Positions 36,880 through 48,968 of a stretch of 64,000 nt of DNA are shown here, in pieces. The stretch's first letter is position 1; the number at the start of each line of letters is the position of its first letter. The stretch spans positions 50,401,907 to 50,465,906 of the forward strand of contig NC_057728.1 of assembly GCF_004010195.1 (NCBI RefSeq), written 5' to 3'. The notes beneath the pieces were generated by a model. It saw only the letters and a program-made list of their open reading frames with translations. It was not told where the DNA came from and did no database searches. Made by a program: the position numbers and the translations under genes. Origin of the DNA: Chiloscyllium plagiosum. Its lineage: Eukaryota.

Positions 36880-38785
36880 TTTATTTTGTTTGTAATCATC
36901 TAAGGAGCTCTTGCTTAGCAATAACCAGCCCATTCTGCCAAGGTCACTCAGTTCTTGACTTCGTTACAACCTTGGTTTTCCAGGCATGGAAAAAAAGAGC
37001 TGAATTCCACAGTTGAAGTGTGTATGAATGCCCTTGACGTCAAATTGCGTTGATCATCAAGATATCTAGCAAACTTAGTCAGTGAGAGTTGGTGGAGGGA
37101 TTTCTTTGCTGCTTGAAGTCTCACCTGCCACAAGGCATGATGGTTGTGGTTGTTGGAGGTCAGTTGTCTGAGCTCCAGGGCATTGCTAAAAGATTCCACG
37201 GGGTAGTCTCCTAGCCCAGTCGCTTTGTGCTGCTTCATTCATGAGTTTCTCACCAAAATAAAGCCAGAGATGGGATGTAGGCTGATGATTACACCATTGT
37301 TCACCATCATTCACAGCTCATGCTGAAGTTGAGCAACCTGTGAACAATATCCTGGCTTGGGTTGGCAAATGACTAGTAAATTCAGAGCTCAGGCATATGA
37401 GCTAGTGGCCATCTCCAAAAGCAGAGAATGTGATTTTTGCCTTTGACTTGCAAAGATATTGCTTTGCTGAATCCCCTTCAATAACTGTCTTGGTTACCAT
37501 TGACCAGAAATTGAACTGGACTAACCATTAAAATATTGTGGCTTCAAAAGCAGCTCAGAGTTAGGAATCTTGCAGTGAGTAACTCAACTTTTTGCTACTT
37601 AAAGCCTGTCCATCATTTACAAGGCAAAAGTCAGGGATGTGATGAAATTATCCCCATCTCTGGTGATGTGCAATAAAATGCTTGCATAGCCAGTGATACC
37701 TACATCAAATGAATTAATTTAAAAAAACTCTAACTACAGGTTGATACCATTCTGGGCAAACCTGTTTGATTGGCACCACAACCTCAAGCATTCACTCCCT
37801 CTGCCACTGACGCACAGTAGCAGCAGCATTAATGATGTGCAAGGTACACTGTAGAAATTCAAGGCCTCTCAGACGGCATCTTCCAAATCATGACCACTAC
37901 CATCCAGAAGGATGAGAGCATCATCTGCATGTTAATGTCCATCCCGATTTGCAGATACCCTGTATACCTCTGTTCCTTCAGTATTACTAGGTCAAAATCC
38001 TGGAACTCCTTCCTTCAGTACTGATGTGAAGTTCTTTTTCCTGAGATACTTACATACTTGATGCAACTGCAATGACACCAACTTCTGTGAACCAAATTTT
38101 ATTAAGCACGGTACAGTACAAACTTTCTGGAGGAACCTTTAACACACCTTGCAGGGCTTATGGGGTCATGGTAAAAGCTTTCTCTGAACAAAAGAAATAG
38201 TTTATACAACTTTACACAACAGTTTATACAACTACACTTTATACAAAATCTTTACATCACAATAATACCCACAAGACAACCCCCAGCTATTCCCCCACAG
38301 TCGCATGCCATTCAAGACACAATGCAGTGACTACTTCATCCTTAGAAACAATATAATGCAAATCGTTCCTTAATGGTCAAATCTGTTGCAAATTTTTTTT
38401 TTGTAACTATAGGGGAATAGTCACCTTCCAACTGTAATGTTCTTATTGATTTCTGAACAAGAGACGAAAATGTAATTAGTAGGAGATGACAATGTAAATG
38501 GCTTTTGAATAAGAAATGGCCATGCAAATGGCTTTGAATGCCAAAAGATGGGAATGTGATTTCCTTACAACCTATCTGCAAATCAGGGGCATCCCACCCT
38601 TGTCTCGGGGCATCCAATTTCCTAAAGGTCAGCAGAGCATATTAACTCTTTATCTCATTGGGTGACCCTACACCAAATGCACTGCAGCGGTCAAAGAAGG
38701 CAACTCTCCACCTCCTCGCGGGTAACTATGCATGGACAATAATTGCTCACCCAGCAACAAAACACACTTCCATTAGTCAATTATA
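36880..38785 (+). mobile_element. Decayed L2-type LINE, split by a solo LTR
   Basis: gctgatgattacacc RT remnant and gttaccattgaccagaaattgaactgg. The L2 tail resumes at 38658. Confidence 0.65.
38022..38657 (-). mobile_element. Probable solo LTR (636 bp)
   Basis: TGA...TCA ends interrupt the L2 tail. Minus-strand AATAAA near 38098-38103. Internal short repeats tttatacaa and aaatggcttt. No TSD resolved. Confidence 0.6.
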
Positions 38786-38837
38786 AAATATTGAAGTGCA
38801 AAGGAATATGAGCACAAATAAGCCATTCATGTATTCA

Positions 38838-39240
38838 TTAGAGTTTAGAAGGTTATGGAGCGATCTAATAGAAACTTACAAGACAATGTATGGCTTGAAA
38901 GGGTGGATGCTGGGAATTTGTTTCCATTAGGTGGGGAGACTAGGACCCGTGGGCGCGACCTTAGAATTAAAGGGTGTCAATTTAGTATGGAAATGAGACA
39001 TTTCTTCAGCCAGAGAGTGGTGGGCCTGTGGAGTTCATTGCCACGGAGCACAGTGGAGGCTGGGACGTTAAATGTCTTAAAGGCAGAGATTGATAAATTC
39101 TTGATCTCGCGAGGAATTAAGGGCTATAGAGAGAATGCGGGTAAGTAGCGTTGAAATGTCCATCAGCCATGGTTGAATGGCGGAAGTGGACTTGATGGGC
39201 CGAATGGCCTTCTTTCCACTTCTATGTCTTATGGTCTTAT
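38838..39240 (+). mobile_element. CR1-type LINE 3' end
   Basis: FFSQRVVGLWSSLP and tail tatgtcttatggtcttat. Confidence 0.85.
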
Positions 39241-40087
39241 TCAGCCCCTCATGTCAGTGCTGCCATTCAGCTAGATTGTGGTAGATCTACCTCAATATTA
39301 TTTCTATGCACTTCATATCTTTTGTCATCTTTAATCTCTAGAAATCTGTTACTCCACAAGTTTTTTTGAGTAGTGATTCCAAACAGTCAACAACCTGAGT
39401 ATCTGCATGTTGATTTTCAGTGACTGATGTACAAATACACCCAGGTCCCTTTTGGAAATCAAACTTCCCATATCCACTAAAATTAGGAGCCTTTCTTCAT
39501 TTCCTGTCAAAGTGGATAACCACTTCGTGGTCAGTACAACTTAAATGGGCTAGAAATATTTAATTGATCTTTGATCAGATCTCATTGGAATGAGCCAAAT
39601 TTTCCTTGACTTGATATGTTAACTGTTATCCCTTTCAGTGCCTGTTGTTCTTTATGATGCTGAATTGGAAGGCTGTCTAGAAAACTGTTCTCTGCATTGC
39701 TAAAACCATCGCAGTCCTAGATTCAGTTTTGTGATTCTTTCTCATGTTCCAGTGAGGTGAATTTAGTTGTATAAACAGGTTGCAGACTTGTATGCTAAAG
39801 CTTAAAAAGCACCAAGTTAATGCATCTTTTTAAAGCACCTTCTCAAAATACAAAAAAAAGCTATTTAATCATTCCTTTCTTTGTAGATGGAAGGTTAAAG
39901 AACAGTATTTTGAATGACTAAGCCAACTTTTTTGTATCAACCAGTTGCAATTTATTTTGCACCCAGAATTCCAGATTTAAATGTGCCAACTGCTGTTTGT
40001 TGCGGTTCTCATCAAGACTACCACCAGCTGAAGCTCGCTGTGAGATTGGTGTCAAAAGCTGGACCCACTAACATTGATCTTGCATTA

Positions 40088-40536
40088 CAGGTAGTTCTCC
40101 TATAACACCGTAGTTGCGTTCCAGTGAAACCTCACTTAATAGAAATAATGGGGCCTTTGGGGAAAAGTGGGGATTGGGGCAGACTATCAAAGAAATCACT
40201 TACGTTTACTCAAATATACTCAAAAGTCTAACAAAATATCGCACAGCCTGAATGAAGTTCAAATCATATTTATTAACAAAATAATAAATTTGTACATTAA
40301 AAATTAAGAAAGCTGCCCTCTGTACAGTACCTCTCTCAGAAGACTGCTCCCTGTTGGCAGCTAACATTGTGCACATGCAGAATGGCATGTGCAGAACAAA
40401 TTGCGTGAACCGATCTCTGCAGGAATCGTGCTATTGCCAACGAGGTAAGCCTTTTCCAAAATACTGTTCCCTAAATCTTCAGTGATGTTACAGCTAGATC
40501 GTGCTGCCGAAACGCATGTTATCCCAGATCTATCTG
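40088..40536. mobile_element. Tigger/pogo-like non-autonomous DNA transposon
   Basis: Imperfect TIRs caggtagttctcctataac / gttatcccagatctatctg with TA on both flanks. Confidence 0.7.
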
Positions 40537-43337
40537 TACATAAAAGCAGCTGTAACTGGGCTTTCATAATTACTTAAACCAGGGCTGAAATGAGGCCAAG
40601 AGCTGAGTGGCCCTAGCAGAATCGAAACGTAGAGAGCAACCACTTATTGCTCGGCAATTGCTGCTTAAATGATTACAGATGAAATAAACTAAGGTTTTAA
40701 AATAGTGCTGATTTTTTTAGATATCAAATTAAAGTTTGAGATATTCCCAATCATACTACAGCTTTAGTTGGAAGACTACCTTATTATCAAGATGATTATT
40801 ACATTTCACCACTTCTCTTAAACCACTTTGTAGTTATCTATCAATGTTGTTGAGATCTTTGTATATCTGCATATGTGGCTCAATCCTCCATTGCCTATCA
40901 TTCTTGTCTCCCGACATCCCCATGTCTTTTGTGTCTCTTTCTTCAGCTGTGCTGTCACTTGTAATTATCTCCTTAGTTACAGTTTAAACCTGCCCTTTTG
41001 ACATGTTCATTTCCTGCGTGACCTGTAATTTTTTTTTGCTGCTGTACAGATTTCCAAGGTTCATACGCAGTCATGGTTTCTGTAACCGATTGGCATGAGT
41101 GGAACCTCTGTGCAGCTGCGCAGTTTGGAGGGGCCATTGTAATCATCACTTTTCCCTTTGTAGCTTATCCAAGACTGAATAGATTGTTGTTTTTTTTTCT
41201 CTCTCTCAAAATTATGGTTGGTTTCTTAGCCATGTGATACTATCCCAATTTATTGCCACTTAGAATTTGCACCTAGCAGTATAGTGAAAATATTGAGGAA
41301 AGCTGTTTCTGCAGTCATAGCCCATGTTCATGTTGTAAAAGGGTCTTGCTGTTGTAATTTAATCTTGCTAAATCCAGCACCCCATCATACTTAAACAATC
41401 TTGCCTTTCACAGTTTTTACTACCTTCAGTCAAGAATTTTAAGAACCTTTTAAAAAAAATTTGAAAACTTCAAGCACAAGAAAAAAGTTGGCTTTATTAG
41501 AATGAGATTTTATTGTCATGAGTACTCAAGTACCGCCATATAGAAGAGCAGTAAAGTGTGCAATGCCATTGTCTATCTTTAAAATACAAAATCAGAATTT
41601 AAAAAAATAAGAGAAACAGAGCCAAAAGAAAAAAATGTCTAGGTCTTAGTCACTATTCAAAAGAACAGGGAAAAAGTCCAAATCTTAATGTCTTATCTCC
41701 CTGACTGTAGCCCTGGTCTGGAGTTTAAGTCAGCTGCCTCTTGGGACATGATACACCAATCACCTTTGCTGCTGGAATGTGTCGCCTCTGTTGCTACTGC
41801 TGCTGTCATTTTAGCCATCTAGAGGTTTGGTGCTGCTAATTTACTAAAACTCAGAAATTGAGAATCCACTTATCATTCTGCTGTTGACTTCATCCTGTTA
41901 AGGGGATTTAAAAATTGACTGTACAGCGAGCTCATTGTCACTGAGCTACAGGTTTGCATTTTTAGTAATATTGTAATCTTGACCCGCAATGGCTGCCTGA
42001 ATGTAATTTATGATTTGTTACTCATTCACTTGCATTTTACAGTGAATAATGCAGTCAGATACAGTGGTAAAGCTTCAACAGTTGTCACAATCCAGTGCCA
42101 TTTTGAATAGTTCAAGAATAAAAAGGAAAAAAAGATATAACTGAAAGAGTCCTGAGCCGGCTCACCAACAACTCCTGGACTGTCTTGCTGCTGTTTGTGC
42201 CAGACGTACCAATATATGAGTCACCACATTTTAGGCGCAATCTCGCTGATGCTGGGTTCAGTGCCAAACCCACACTCAGCAGGAGTCCCCAGCTCTGCTG
42301 CTGCTTCAATGAAGCTAGGAGCCCTGGCTCTGGGCATGCCACACTGCCATCACTGTAGCTGCCATCTCGCCATCACTAGGAGTCCCTGCTCTAAGCCTAT
42401 TGCAACTAGGAGTCCCTGCCTCCACTGCCAGACCAAACTGCTGCTGCCATCTTGCCAAGGATCCTGCTCCAGCTGCCACCCTCCAAGCTGTTGGCTTGCT
42501 GGTGCTGCCATCTTAAAGTCTGCTGCCATCTCCAATCGCTGGAGGATCTTTGCTGCTGCCGGCCTCTCACACAGTTGATGTCCGTGCAGCCACTGCCTCC
42601 AGTAACTGTGAGGAGCCCAGTCTGCTGCTGCTTCCAATCACTGGGAAAAGCCGCATTCCACACATGGCCCGCTCTAGCTGCCACTCTGATTTCGCTGACT
42701 AACCCAATGCAAAAGTCTCCAAAGAAAAACAAAAGAAAAAAATAAAGAAAAAGAGCAGAAGTAAAAAGAAGCATGTGGACTGTGGACAACAAATAACTTA
42801 CTGATTAGTTAGATTTACTGAAGTATTGGCACAGCGGCAATCATCCAGTTGCTCTTTTTCCATCCTGTAAACCACTTATGATTTGCTAGGCTATTGATAT
42901 TTTTTATCTGGCTACCAACACCTGTGAAATTTTAAAGTTGTCCATTGTTGAGCGCTGGGATGTTACTCCATCTAGTCATCCTTGACCTTATCCCCTGCCA
43001 TTCAAAGGGAACGTTTTTTGTCAAGGATGCACTTCTATTCTGAGTGTCCAGATATCCTTTTTGATTTGCATTCAGTAATTTAAGTTGAGCAATGGGGGTT
43101 AGTGTTTTTCTGCCCTATTCCAGTTTTGAGCAACAGGTCATGACGACTGCAGCAGATGTGGATGAGTATTTTGTTTCACATATACTAATCCCTGTGGCTA
43201 AAACATCTTTTTGCTTTCTTTATAGTCTTATACTCTTATTCACTTATATAAAAAAGGGGTTCTAGTTGCAGTATATGGTCACTTCAAATGCAATTCATAG
43301 GTTCTGAGGTTAGTTGGATTTGCTCAAGAGGCAATCA

Positions 43338-43542
43338 GAGTCAAGGAGTGATACTCGAATAGCACAGCCGGTCAGGCAACCTCCGAGGAGCAAGAGAATC
43401 AATGTTTCAGGGCATGATGAAGACTTATGCCCTAAAAATCGATTCTCCTGTTCCTTGGATGCTACCTGACCGACTGCCCTTTTCCAGCATCACACTCTTC
43501 TCTTTGACTCTGATCTCCAGCATCTGCAGTCCTCACTTTCTC
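43338..43542 (+). mobile_element. Fold-back family short element
   Basis: Inverted arms and tail. 13-bp TSD caagaggcaatca at 43325-43337 and 43543-43555. Confidence 0.85.
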
Positions 43543-44769
43543 CAAGAGGCAATCATCATCCACTTTGCCTCTTTCTGTTATGTAAACCTCTTATGAGGTT
43601 ATTGATACTTTTATCCAGTTAGCAGCACTTCATAGTGAAGGCTTGGCATTGTTTCTTACAAATAAATCAATTGTATGTTAAAAGATGTTAACTCATGCTT
43701 CCATTTAGTAAGGAATCAATAGGAATGGAAAAATTTGAAAAATGTCATTTGAGTAGGGAATAGAGATCACCCTTTACAGTTACCAATAGAAGTGCTGGAG
43801 GATATATTGTGTAACCAGTGTTGAGAGAGGAGGTATCTTGAAGTGGCGCGATAGGGAAGGACTGGAGCCAGTTGTTGTGGACCTCGCCAGGACAAGTGTC
43901 ATTTGAATTGAATTATAAAACAAAGAGGTAATGTCTGGATTGCTACTGGAGCCACAATGCTAAATGTCTTGGAGATAAACAGATCAGCCATGTGCAAAAG
44001 GAACTCCATTTGAAGGGACACCAGCATCAGTATTGTGATAAGGAACTCGTTTGCGCTAACCATTTACTTGGCTGGAATTGGGTTAAAGTTGACTTACTGA
44101 ATGAGCCATAAAGAATATATCAACCAGTTTAGGCTCATGGTAGGTGCCCACCTTTTAAATAAAGTGGGTAGAGGAAAGAGTTCTATGTGGAATTAATAAC
44201 CTAAAGATAAGAGGATCAGTGTAAAAGTTAGAATCCAAGAAAGGGTAAATACGATATTATTATTTTGGAATCAAAACATTGCAGGAAGTAACACTGTACC
44301 TGTTAGTGTTTTTAAAAAAATGACTAAATCAATGCATAACATCAAACAGTATGAAGCTGTAACTTTTCTCAATAACTGATTGTCACTCCTACCTATTCTA
44401 CCATCAAAAGACATATCTACTGTGGGTAAATTAGTGAGGAAAGGTGTCAATTGGGTTTTTACTTTGGTTCCCTAGTTTCGTGCCATGTAGCTATTCCTGC
44501 AGGTAAGTTCTTCAGGCCTTTATCAAGAGTGGTGCTACAGAGTCGCTGTTTATTTACTCGCGAGTTGTGGGGATCATTGTATGCGCCAGCATTTACTGCC
44601 CAATCCAAGATGGTAAGCTGTCGCCTTAAACTGCAGCAGTCCGCCCATTATGCTATTAGGGAGCCAGTTCCAATATTTTGACCCAGCGATATTGAAGAAG
44701 TGACCATAAACGTATGTAGAAAAAATAGTTTTTGTTTTTTGAAATTAATGACATTTTTCACTTGGTGTT

Positions 44770-45310
44770 GTAGAGTCATACAGCATGGACCAGACCCTTT
44801 GGTCCAATTCGTCCGTGCTGACCCGATATCTCTATGTAACTTAATTTCATTTGCCAGCATTTGGCCCATATCCCTCTAAATCCTTCTTATTCACGTAACC
44901 ATCCAGATGTCTTTTAAGTAGCAGCTTGTTCCATAAGTGTGAAAAAGTTATCCCTTGGGTCCTTTTTTAAATCTTTCCCCTCTCACATTAAATCTATGCC
45001 CTTTAGCTTTGGACTCCTAGGAAAAAGACCTTGACAATTTACCCTGTCTAAGCCCCTCATGATTTTATAAAGCTGTCAGGCCACCCTTCAGCCTCTGAAG
45101 CTCCAGGGAAAAAAGCCCCAGACTACTCACTCTCTCATTATAGCTCAAACCCTCCAGTCCTGGCAACACCTTGTAAACCTTTTCTGCACCCCCTCAAGTT
45201 TAACAACATCCTATAGCAGGGTAACCAGAATTGTATGCACTATTCTAATAGTGGCCTCACCAATGTCCTGTACAGCCACGACATGATGCCCCAACTCAAT
45301 GTTCTGACAA
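44770..45310 (-). mobile_element. CR1-type LINE 3' fragment
   Basis: LYRTLVRPLLE and a tail like that at 26704. Confidence 0.85.
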
Positions 45311-46265
45311 ATGAAGGCAAATTGAAGTTAGAGTAAACCAACCATGTGAAAAAAAGGGACAAAACTGAGCTTTGCTGTTGAGAAAAAAGTTGTTCTTCAT
45401 TTTCAAATGTTATGGTTAAATTGAAAAAGTAGTTGAAATGTTTTAGCCAGCAAAGAAGTTTTGCCTTCGCAACTATTATTCTCAATAGACAAATTTCCCC
45501 AGAATGTCCCATGTTAGGCCACCCTCAGTCCAAGTTGTAACCTTGACATTCTGAAAATTGAGATGTTTGCAGATCCTTTTGTTAGTAACCACACTATTGA
45601 AATTTCTCTGAACAAAAAGCTTACACTTGTCATTCTACCTGTAACTAGGGTTATGTTTCAGTTTGCGTTACATGACTCTTTCAGAATCACAGTGAGACAA
45701 ATGGATAGCTCTCCTTAAGGAAATTGTTTAGACACAATTGGCCGAATGTCAGTTTCTTGTAAGATTGAGACGTTGAATTTTAAGATTGGGGTAATTCTGA
45801 AAATTGGGTGTTTAGTGCAGTCCCAGCACTCTAAGGTATCATTTTAATTTCACTTAAAATCGCCACCTAAAACGACTGATAGCCTTGTATCCAGAGGAGC
45901 TGTAATAACTTAGGTTTCCTCACATTCTGGCATCCCTGATTCCCTGGTATTGTTATATGTAAAACTATGCTTCCCTAACAGTTTAAAGTACCATCAGTTG
46001 TCAAATAACTCCAATATCTGAACATTTTTTAAAAGTTCCTATTCGTACAAAGAGCATTTCTTGGTAAACATACAACCTAATAGGTATATAGCCTGTCACA
46101 CTAATCTTAAATTCTGGTTGTCTGTCAAAGTTTTCTATTTGCAGTTGTATGACTGCAGTCATGGAAAGATAGAAACTTATTTCACAAAGAGAGGCCATTG
46201 TGTTCAGGCTGACATTTCAAACAGGAGTTGTGCATTGGTCTTCCATTGGGCAATTTGCTCGTAAT

Positions 46266-46895
46266 TAGAGTCGTAGAGATATCCAACTCGGAAACAGACC
46301 CTTTGGTTCAACTTGTCCATGCCAAACAGATATTCTAACCTAATCTAGTCTCATTTTGCCAGCACTTGACCCATATCCCTCTAAACCCTTCCTATTCATA
46401 TACCCATCCAGATGTTTTCTAAATGTTGTAATTGTACCAGCTTTCTGCAATTCCTCTGGCACCTCATTCCATAAATGCACATCTCTCTGCTTGAAAAAGT
46501 TGCTCCATAGGTCCCTTTTTATATCTTTTCCCTCTCACCCTAAACCTATGCCCACCCCAGGGAAAAGACCGTGTCTATTTACCCTATCCATGCCCCTCAA
46601 GATGTCACCATCTATTTCCCCACATTCTGTATCTTCCATGGCCTGCTCCACAGTAAGCAGATGCAAAATACTCTTTTAGTACCTTCCCCCTTCTCCAGCA
46701 ATTCCACACATAGGCTGCCTTGCTGATCTTTGAGGGATCATGTTCTTTCCCCAGTTATCCTTTTGTCCTTAATGTATTTATAGAATTCCTTTGGATTCTT
46801 CTTAACCCTATTTGTCAAAGCTATGTCATGTTCCCTTTTTGCCCTTCTAATTTTCCTCTTAAGTATACTCCTACTGCCTTTGTACTTCTCTAAGG
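46266..46895 (-). mobile_element. CR1-type LINE fragments
   Basis: 3' tail plus KRKIRRAKREH...NPKEFYKYIKDKR. Confidence 0.85.
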
Positions 46896-47725
46896 ATGTT
46901 GCTGTCTGGGACATTGGCCTCAAGGTTTGAATCTAAATGTAGAATTGCAGTCAGGCTGTGCTGTGAGTGTTTGTCCAATTTTGGAACAGCACCCATCTCT
47001 CCCCCTCCCCCCCCCCCCCCCCATCTACACCCTGCAAAAAATGTTAATAATGAGTTTGCAAGGGTTAGGGGGCTGGGTGTTGTTTGTGATGCCTGGGTTA
47101 TGTCAGATGGCTTGTCCAGTTTTATTCCTTTTCGGTTGTTGTGTGCACCCGAATGTTTGCTAAGCTAAGAGGACTTTGAAGAGTCAACTACATTGCTGTA
47201 GGTCTGGAGTCAGATGTGGGTTAAGGTCCTGTCCTCTGTATGAAAAACAACGCATCTTATAAATATATTTTACAAAGTTTTATTAATGATAAAACATTGT
47301 GCCTTTATTGAATTACCCAAAATCATGGGGGAATAATGCCTAAGCCAAGCTGAGTCAACTTTTCTCATACGACATGGGGATGGGTAATAAGTGCTGGCCT
47401 AACCAGTGATGCTGTCATCCCATGAATGAATATATAAAAACAAAACTGATTATTGCTGTCATTGATATTTGGCATTCTTGTATCTGTCTTGATGAGAAAA
47501 ACGTTCTGTAGTACCAAGAGAAATCACGTGGCTAGTATTGAAAATTTTCATTTTTAAATTGTAAAAATCAAAAATAGCCCAAGTAACACAAGAATTTCAC
47601 AACTGTATTCTGGACAATTGTACGGTACAACAAGCCAAACATAGCAAAATAATGGGCTGTAATTATTGAACAGGCTGACTGTAAAGGAACGTATTACAAA
47701 ATGCTACAATTGTCCTTTTTAGAAG

Positions 47726-47852
47726 TAAGTGAGGACTGCAGATGCTGCAGATCAGACTCGAGAGTGTGTGCAGGAAAAGCACAGTAAACCAGGCAGCATT
47801 CCAGGAGCAAGAGAATCGACGTTTCGGGCAAGAGCCCTTCTTCCTGATGAAG
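47726..47852 (-). mobile_element. Fold-back family element, partial
   Basis: aagtgaggactgcagatgctg...gaatcgacgtttcgggcaagagcccttc is the reverse complement of the family tail and core. Confidence 0.8.
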
Positions 47853-48120
47853 TAACAAGGAATGTAACAGGCCTAAGTTTGTAAATTTAGGGGAACAAAG
47901 TAAGGTTGAGTATGATAGACTGAAGGAAGCTAATAATAATATTGGATTGGTACCATGAATTCAAGATCGCAGAATAGTCACTGAGCATCTTCCAAGTTCA
48001 GCATGGTAGAATGGCAATTTGGCCATCACATCTGTGCTGGCGGTATGAAGAAGTGATTTACAGCCTTCTACCTGTAGCCCTGCATGGACACCCTTTACTT
48101 ATAGGTAGTAATTAATTCTA

Positions 48121-48210
48121 GCTTAAAAATGTGTTGCTGGAAAAGCGCAGCAGGTCAGGCAACACATTTTTAAGCTCTGATCTCCAGCATCTGCAGTCCT
48201 CACTTTCTCC
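48121..48210 (+). mobile_element. Fold-back family element, internally deleted
   Basis: Arm and tail present, flanked by the near-direct repeat tagta(a)ttaattcta. Confidence 0.75.
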
Positions 48211-48660
48211 TAGTATTAATTCTACTTCAGTGCCTCTATTAAAACTGCCTGTCACATTCTAATACAATGCTTTCTAGATCTCAACTACTTGGAAGAGGGA
48301 GTTTAATTATAAGGAAAGATAAAGCTGAGAATATCCTCCTGGTGAGCAGAGGTTAAGGGAGGTTTTAATAGAGGTGACCGAAATTGTGAAAAATCTTTGT
48401 TAGAGTAAGGAGAAATTATTTCCATTAGCAAGAAGGGTAATGAGAGGGAAATGGATTTAAGTTAATTAGCAAAAGAGCCAGCAATGGAATTACAATTAAT
48501 TTTATGCAGCTTGTTATACTGATTTAGACTGCACTGACTAAAATACTGCTAGAAGCAGATTCACTGGTAACTTCCAAAAAGGCTAAGAAGCACATTCGGC
48601 TGTTGACCGAAGGGTTGGTGGTTCGATCCTATTCAGGGACATTTGTGCATGTTAATTTTA

Positions 48661-48968
48661 GGGTGGCACAGTGGTTAGTACTACTGCTTCACACCGCCAG
48701 AGACCTGGGTTCAATTCCCGCCTCAGGCAACTGTCTGTATGGAGTTTGCACATTCTCCCAGTGTCTGCGTGGGTTTCCTCCAGGTGCTCTGGTTTCCTCC
48801 CACAATTCAAAAATGTGCAGGTTAGGTGAATTGGCCATGCTAAATTGCCCGTAGTGTTAGGTGAAGGGGTAAATGAAGAGGAATGGGTGGGTTGCTCTTT
48901 GGAGAGTCGGTGTGGACTTATTGGGCTGAAGGGCCTGTTTCCACACTGTAAGTAAGTAATCTAATCTA
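48661..48968 (+). mobile_element. HE1-type SINE, near full length
   Basis: A box gtggcacagtggtt, B box ggttcaattcc, core, and taatctaatcta tail. Confidence 0.9.

Noticed and set aside
42112..42792. Cluster of 76-128 aa overlapping ORFs
   Set aside because: Explained by CTG/GCC-rich, stop-poor composition. No recognisable domain or splice support.
46997..47022. Poly-C run as a G-quadruplex or regulatory element
   Set aside because: Simple homopolymer between repeat fragments with no other support.
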